Shown here: positions 6,735 to 10,405 of the stretch, piece by piece | Numbering within the stretch: position 1 is the first letter of the stretch | Layout: each line of letters opens with the position of its first letter | From: Myxococcota bacterium | GTDB lineage: Bacteria > Myxococcota > JACRCW01 | DNA length: 10,405 nt | Assembly (NCBI GenBank): GCA_040752415.1 | Contig: JBFMGU010000333.1 | Location: forward strand, 1 to 10,405 | Reading direction: 5' to 3' | Translations under genes and position numbers: made by a program | Notes under the pieces: model-generated | Databases searched by the model: none | The model's input: only the letters and a program-made list of their open reading frames with translations | What the model was told of the DNA's origin: nothing

Positions 6735-7223
6735 ATGCCCATGACATCCGACCACGACGAGCCCGCCTTCGAGGTGGAGAGCCTGGCCATGAGCGCGTTT
6801 GGCCAGCCGGAGACCGTCACCGAGGCGCCCCCGCAGCCCGCGCGTATTCCGTTGCAAGTGGTGCTCATTGCCCGGCCCGGTCCCGACGCGCAGGCCGTGG
6901 CCGCCGCTCTGTCCTGGCACGCCACTGTCAGCGGCTTCCCGACGCTCTCCGAAGCCGCCAACACGCTGCTCGGCGCCACCGTGCACGCGGTGTTCGTCGA
7001 CCAGAAGCTCGGGTTTGGCGTGCCGGCGCAGGTGGTGGCCGGTCTGCACCGCGCGGGGCGTGCCGGCGTACCGGTGTTCGTGGTGGGTCGGTGTGATCCC
7101 GCGCTGCGCTCCCACTTCCTGCAGCAGGGCATCTCCGAGTGTGTCGACTTCTCCACCCAGCCCGTGCAGGTGGCGGGTCAGATCGCCCAGTGGTTGACGT
7201 CGCTGCTGGCCCGGCCACGCTGA
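6735..7223 (+). CDS. Stand-alone degenerate CheY-like receiver (pseudo-receiver) protein, ~162 aa, with acidic/Pro-rich N-terminal extension
   Basis: GGGAG at 6725-6729 precedes ATG 6735 (6741 is an alternative). The sequence follows the receiver (beta/alpha)5 pattern: VVLIA, DAQAVAAAL, TLSEAANTL, HAVFVD, VPVFVVG, HFLQQGISECV. Codon usage is coding-like. Confidence 0.65.
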   Translation: MPMTSDHDEPAFEVESLAMSAFGQPETVTEAPPQPARIPLQVVLIARPGPDAQAVAAALSWHATVSGFPTLSEAANTLLGATVHAVFVDQKLGFGVPAQVVAGLHRAGRAGVPVFVVGRCDPALRSHFLQQGISECVDFSTQPVQVAGQIAQWLTSLLARPR

Positions 7224-7308
7224 TCCCCGCCGAGCCAGTCCTCACGCCGTGCCGGTAACCCGCACATGGAGGCCCGTGCGTCGTCACGCGGCCGTGTGCG
7301 GAGATGTC

Positions 7309-10230
7309 ATGAGAACCTGGCAGCATGCTCACTCCTGGTTGTTCCTGGGCTTGCTCACCACCGGCGTGGTGGGAGGATGCAACTGCGGCAACGGCATCGT
7401 GCCGGGAACGGAGGTGGACGACGGCGGTCCTTCCGGCGTGGGGGGTCAGGACGCGTCGCACGCGGAGTCCTCCACGTCGTCGGGCGCGGTCTCCTCGTCC
7501 TCCAGCGGCGGCGCCACCTCGTCCTCCAGCGGCGCGGCTTCCTCGTCGGGGACGGCCTCCAGCTCGGGGGCGGCGTCCTCCTCCGGCGCGGTCTCCTCGT
7601 CGTCGAGCTCAGGCGGCAACCAGGCGCCCACGGTGTCCTTCTCCGCGCCCGCCAATGACGGCACCGCGGTCACCGCCGGTGTGCAGCTGGGCCAGACCCT
7701 GGAGTTCCAGGTCGACATCTCCGACGACACGCTCCTGCTCCCGCAGAACGGCGGGTTCACCGTGACGCCGCCCGGCGGGGCCGCCGTCAGCAACCAGGGC
7801 GTGTTCTCCGGCAGCGGCACCACCGGCCAGGCCACGCTCTCCGTCGCCTTCAACGCCGCGGGCAGCTGGCAGGTCCGCTACAGCTACACCGACGGGGCCA
7901 ACCCGGTGCAGGCCACGCTCTCCGTGGCGGTCAGCCCCGACCCCGCGCCCACCGTCGAGATCACCGCGCCGGTCCACGACGGGACGGAGGTCCTCGCGCT
8001 GGTGCGGGAGGACGGCGCGTTCTCGTTCGCCGCCGCGCTCGCCGACAACACCGCCATCCTCCCGCAGAATGTGGCGTGGACCTTCACCAGCGCCGCCGGC
8101 GCCCCGGTCAGCGGGCAGGGCAACGTCACGGTCAACGGCACCAGCGCCACCAGCACGTTCTCCGTCGCCAACGTGGGCGCCGCGGGGAGCGCGCAGGTCT
8201 CGCTCAGCTACACGGATGCGTCGGGCAACACCACCAGCGCGTCGCTGACCGTGCCGGTGTTGCCCGCGGGCACGCCGTCGGTGCTCATCACCGTGCCCAC
8301 CAACAACGGCGTGGCCGCCACCAGCGCGGTGCGCACCGACGCCACCGTGGAGCTCCGCGCCGACGTCAACGACGACCAGCCCATCCTCCCCGCGGGCCTC
8401 ACCTGGACGCTCACCGACCCCAACGGCGTCACGCAGGACTACCCGGGCAGCTTCACCGCCGGCGGCGCGAACAACGGTGAAGCCACCTTCTCCGCGCTGC
8501 TGGTCACGCCCGGGGAGTGGACCGCGTCGCTGCGCTACGTCGACGGGGATGGGCTCTCCTTCCAGCACGCCATCACCATCACCGCCGTGGTGAACCAGCC
8601 GCCCACCTGCGAGTTCACCCCGCTGCCGCAGTGCACCTCGGAGGGCGCCAGCACCGTGCAGGTGACCTTGCAGGACCCGGATGGCGACGTGCCCTTGAGC
8701 GCGCAGCTCTCCAGCAGCAACGCCGCCGACACTATGCCGGCCAGCGTGCAGGGCCAGGGCACGCGCTCCTTCACCGTGACCTTCAACGGCACTGGCACGC
8801 GCACGCTGACCTGCACGCCCACCGACGGAGCCAACCAGACGGGCACCCCGACGAGCATCACCGTGGTGGTGGTGGCGCCGCCCACGCTGACCCTCACCGC
8901 GCCCGACGAGCTGGCCGAGGGCGTGGCCCTGTCCTTCCAGGTGACCACCACCTCCGACCCCGCCGCGGGAGCCACCACGCTGACGGCGGAGGACTCCATC
9001 CACGGCGCGGTGACGGTGGCGGGCGACGGCACGGGCACGCTCGCCGCGCCGCTGCGCGGGTTCCACCAGCTGCGCGCCGTCGTCGTCGACGGGTGCGGGG
9101 GCTCCGCCGCGGACACGCTGCGCTACGCGGTGCTGCCCGCCGGGATCACCACGCTGGTGACGCCCACCCCGCTGGGCCAGAACCGCGACGTGCTCACCGC
9201 CACGGTGGACCCCGACCCGAGTGGCGGCGTCGCGCCGCTGCTGCTGGTGGGCACCAGCAATGACCTGCGCTCCTTCACGCTGGGCTCCAACACCGCCGAC
9301 GTCTTCAACCCCGCCGACCAGGGCGCGGACCTGCAGACCGGCGTCGAGGTGCGCGCGGTGGCGCTCGGCACTCCCGACGGAAACGGCCAGCGCGTGGAGG
9401 CCTACGCCACCGACAGCGGCGTGTGGATTTGTCGTCGGGAAGACCAGGGCGGGCTGCAGACCACCTGCCAGCACATCACCGACAACGCGTGGCTCCTGGA
9501 CAACGACGTGAGCAGTGTGGCGGTGGCGGGCAGCGGCGTGGACCCGGAGGGGGCGTACGTGATCGTGGCCTCGCAGGGCGGCGTGCAGGTGGTGGACGCG
9601 CAGGGCAGCGTGCTGCGTTCCATCCCGGAAGGCGGCGGCAATGACGAGGTGCGCGGGGAGCCCAACATGGTCCTCGTGGACCCGGCCACCACCAACCTCG
9701 AGGCGCCCTTTGACGAGCAGGTGCTCTCGTTCTGGGTGGTCACCCGGGAGGGCGCGGCGCTGGTGACCTTGGCCCCGCCCGACAGCGTCGACGCCATCGT
9801 GCACTTCGACGCGCAGCGCACGCCCGGCCTGCTGCCCAGCTTCAACGTGCGTGCGGTGGCGGTGGACCTGGCCAACCCGCAGCGTCGCTGGTTTGCCACC
9901 GCGGGCGGACTGGCGCGCCTGGAGGGCCCGGACCTGGGCGCCGCCAGCTGGACCAGCTTCACGCAGGACAACGCGGGGCTGCCCTCCAATGACCTCCTGT
10001 GCCTGGCGCTGGATGCCTGGCCCGGCACCACCGTGGTGTGGGTGGGCACGCAGAACGCCGGCGCCTTCCGCCTTGACGACGTGGCCACGCCTCCGCGCCT
10101 CACCACCATCACGCAGGCCGACGGGCTCCCCGGCAACCGCGTCCAGTCCATCACCATCCATCCCGCCGACGCGGAGCACATCAAGTGGATGGGCACGCCC
10201 GCCGGGCTGTGGGGCTATCGCGGTTGGTGA
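7309..10230 (+). CDS. Lipoprotein (~973 aa): Ser/Gly linker, five Ig/PKD/cadherin-like domains, C-terminal Reg_prop-like beta-propeller
   Basis: GGAG at 7300-7303 precedes ATG 7309. A hydrophobic segment ends in VGG-C-N-C (Cys codon 7378-7380). Domains start at about 7618, 7936, 8263, 8593 and 8875 with P-(T/S)-x-x-(I/F/L)-T-like starts and (T/V)D(G/A) motifs near their ends. Blade motifs are LLDNDV (9493), LPSFNV (9832), LPSNDL (9979) and LPGNRV (10126), the last three followed by W-x-(G/A)-T. Confidence 0.86.
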   Translation: MRTWQHAHSWLFLGLLTTGVVGGCNCGNGIVPGTEVDDGGPSGVGGQDASHAESSTSSGAVSSSSSGGATSSSSGAASSSGTASSSGAASSSGAVSSSSSSGGNQAPTVSFSAPANDGTAVTAGVQLGQTLEFQVDISDDTLLLPQNGGFTVTPPGGAAVSNQGVFSGSGTTGQATLSVAFNAAGSWQVRYSYTDGANPVQATLSVAVSPDPAPTVEITAPVHDGTEVLALVREDGAFSFAAALADNTAILPQNVAWTFTSAAGAPVSGQGNVTVNGTSATSTFSVANVGAAGSAQVSLSYTDASGNTTSASLTVPVLPAGTPSVLITVPTNNGVAATSAVRTDATVELRADVNDDQPILPAGLTWTLTDPNGVTQDYPGSFTAGGANNGEATFSALLVTPGEWTASLRYVDGDGLSFQHAITITAVVNQPPTCEFTPLPQCTSEGASTVQVTLQDPDGDVPLSAQLSSSNAADTMPASVQGQGTRSFTVTFNGTGTRTLTCTPTDGANQTGTPTSITVVVVAPPTLTLTAPDELAEGVALSFQVTTTSDPAAGATTLTAEDSIHGAVTVAGDGTGTLAAPLRGFHQLRAVVVDGCGGSAADTLRYAVLPAGITTLVTPTPLGQNRDVLTATVDPDPSGGVAPLLLVGTSNDLRSFTLGSNTADVFNPADQGADLQTGVEVRAVALGTPDGNGQRVEAYATDSGVWICRREDQGGLQTTCQHITDNAWLLDNDVSSVAVAGSGVDPEGAYVIVASQGGVQVVDAQGSVLRSIPEGGGNDEVRGEPNMVLVDPATTNLEAPFDEQVLSFWVVTREGAALVTLAPPDSVDAIVHFDAQRTPGLLPSFNVRAVAVDLANPQRRWFATAGGLARLEGPDLGAASWTSFTQDNAGLPSNDLLCLALDAWPGTTVVWVGTQNAGAFRLDDVATPPRLTTITQADGLPGNRVQSITIHPADAEHIKWMGTPAGLWGYRGW
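7468..7617 (+). repeat. Low-complexity Ser/Gly linker, imperfect G-A-x-S-S-S repeats
   Basis: Encodes SSTSSGAVSSSSSGGATSSSSGAASSSGTASSSGAASSSGAVSSSSSSGG. The DNA motif ggcgcgg...tcctcgtc recurs. Confidence 0.9.
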
Positions 10231-10253
10231 GCCCGTTGGACTTACAGCGGTGC

Positions 10254-10270
10254 CCGGTCAGGTTGACCGG
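10254..10270. promoter_or_regulatory. Perfect 7-3-7 palindrome CCGGTCA-ggt-TGACCGG downstream of the last gene
   Basis: Seen directly, and extendable to 10249-10274 with one bulge. There is no U-tract after it on either strand, so its function is unassigned. Confidence 0.35.
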
Positions 10271-10286
10271 TACCAAAGGCGGTGTT

Positions 10287-10319
10287 CCCCCTCCCTCTCC
10301 CCATCCCCCTCCCCCTCCC
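10287..10319 (-). other. C-tract (G-rich on minus strand) with six runs of three or more G; potential G-quadruplex
   Basis: The minus strand reads GGG A GGGGG A GGGGG AT GGGG AGA GGG A GGGGG. Confidence 0.45.
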
Positions 10320-10405
10320 GGGAAGTCAGCGGGCGCGGAGTCCGTGGGTTGTCGATTTTCTCGTCGGAAAACCGGAGGGCACCCGTCGACCCGGTGCCAC
10401 TGACT

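Noticed and set aside
994..6747. 1917-aa minus-strand ORF
   Set aside because: It is an antisense shadow. trxC and the large lipoprotein are in the same frame with strong GC3 bias, so the opposite frame stays open across both. The translation is Arg/His/Gly-rich with no domain signature.
7609..10179. 856-aa minus-strand ORF
   Set aside because: It is the same kind of antisense shadow, here of the second lipoprotein gene.

Overview
GC-rich bacterial DNA, probably from a myxobacterium (inferred from codon bias, Ser/Gly-linker lipoproteins and a GCNC lipobox). Bases 1-~1015 are non-coding: an ~890-bp imperfect palindrome (arms 34-434 and 521-922, about 96% identical by hand count) whose outer parts are built from a 145-bp unit carrying a GTAG-headed, REP-like hairpin, followed by a further degenerate copy at 941-1013. 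Four + strand genes follow: a Zn-finger thioredoxin (TrxC/Trx2 type), a ~1605-aa lipoprotein with an alternating A/B Ig-like repeat stalk and a terminal beta-propeller, a stand-alone degenerate receiver (pseudo-REC) protein, and a ~973-aa lipoprotein with a Ser/Gly linker, five Ig-like domains and a Reg_prop-like propeller. The window ends in a structured intergenic region with a palindrome, a C-tract and an imperfect hairpin. The most unusual items are the giant REPIN-like palindrome, a possible pseudoknot in its repeat unit, and the lipoprotein / pseudo-receiver / lipoprotein cassette. All calls come from reading the sequence; no searches were run.
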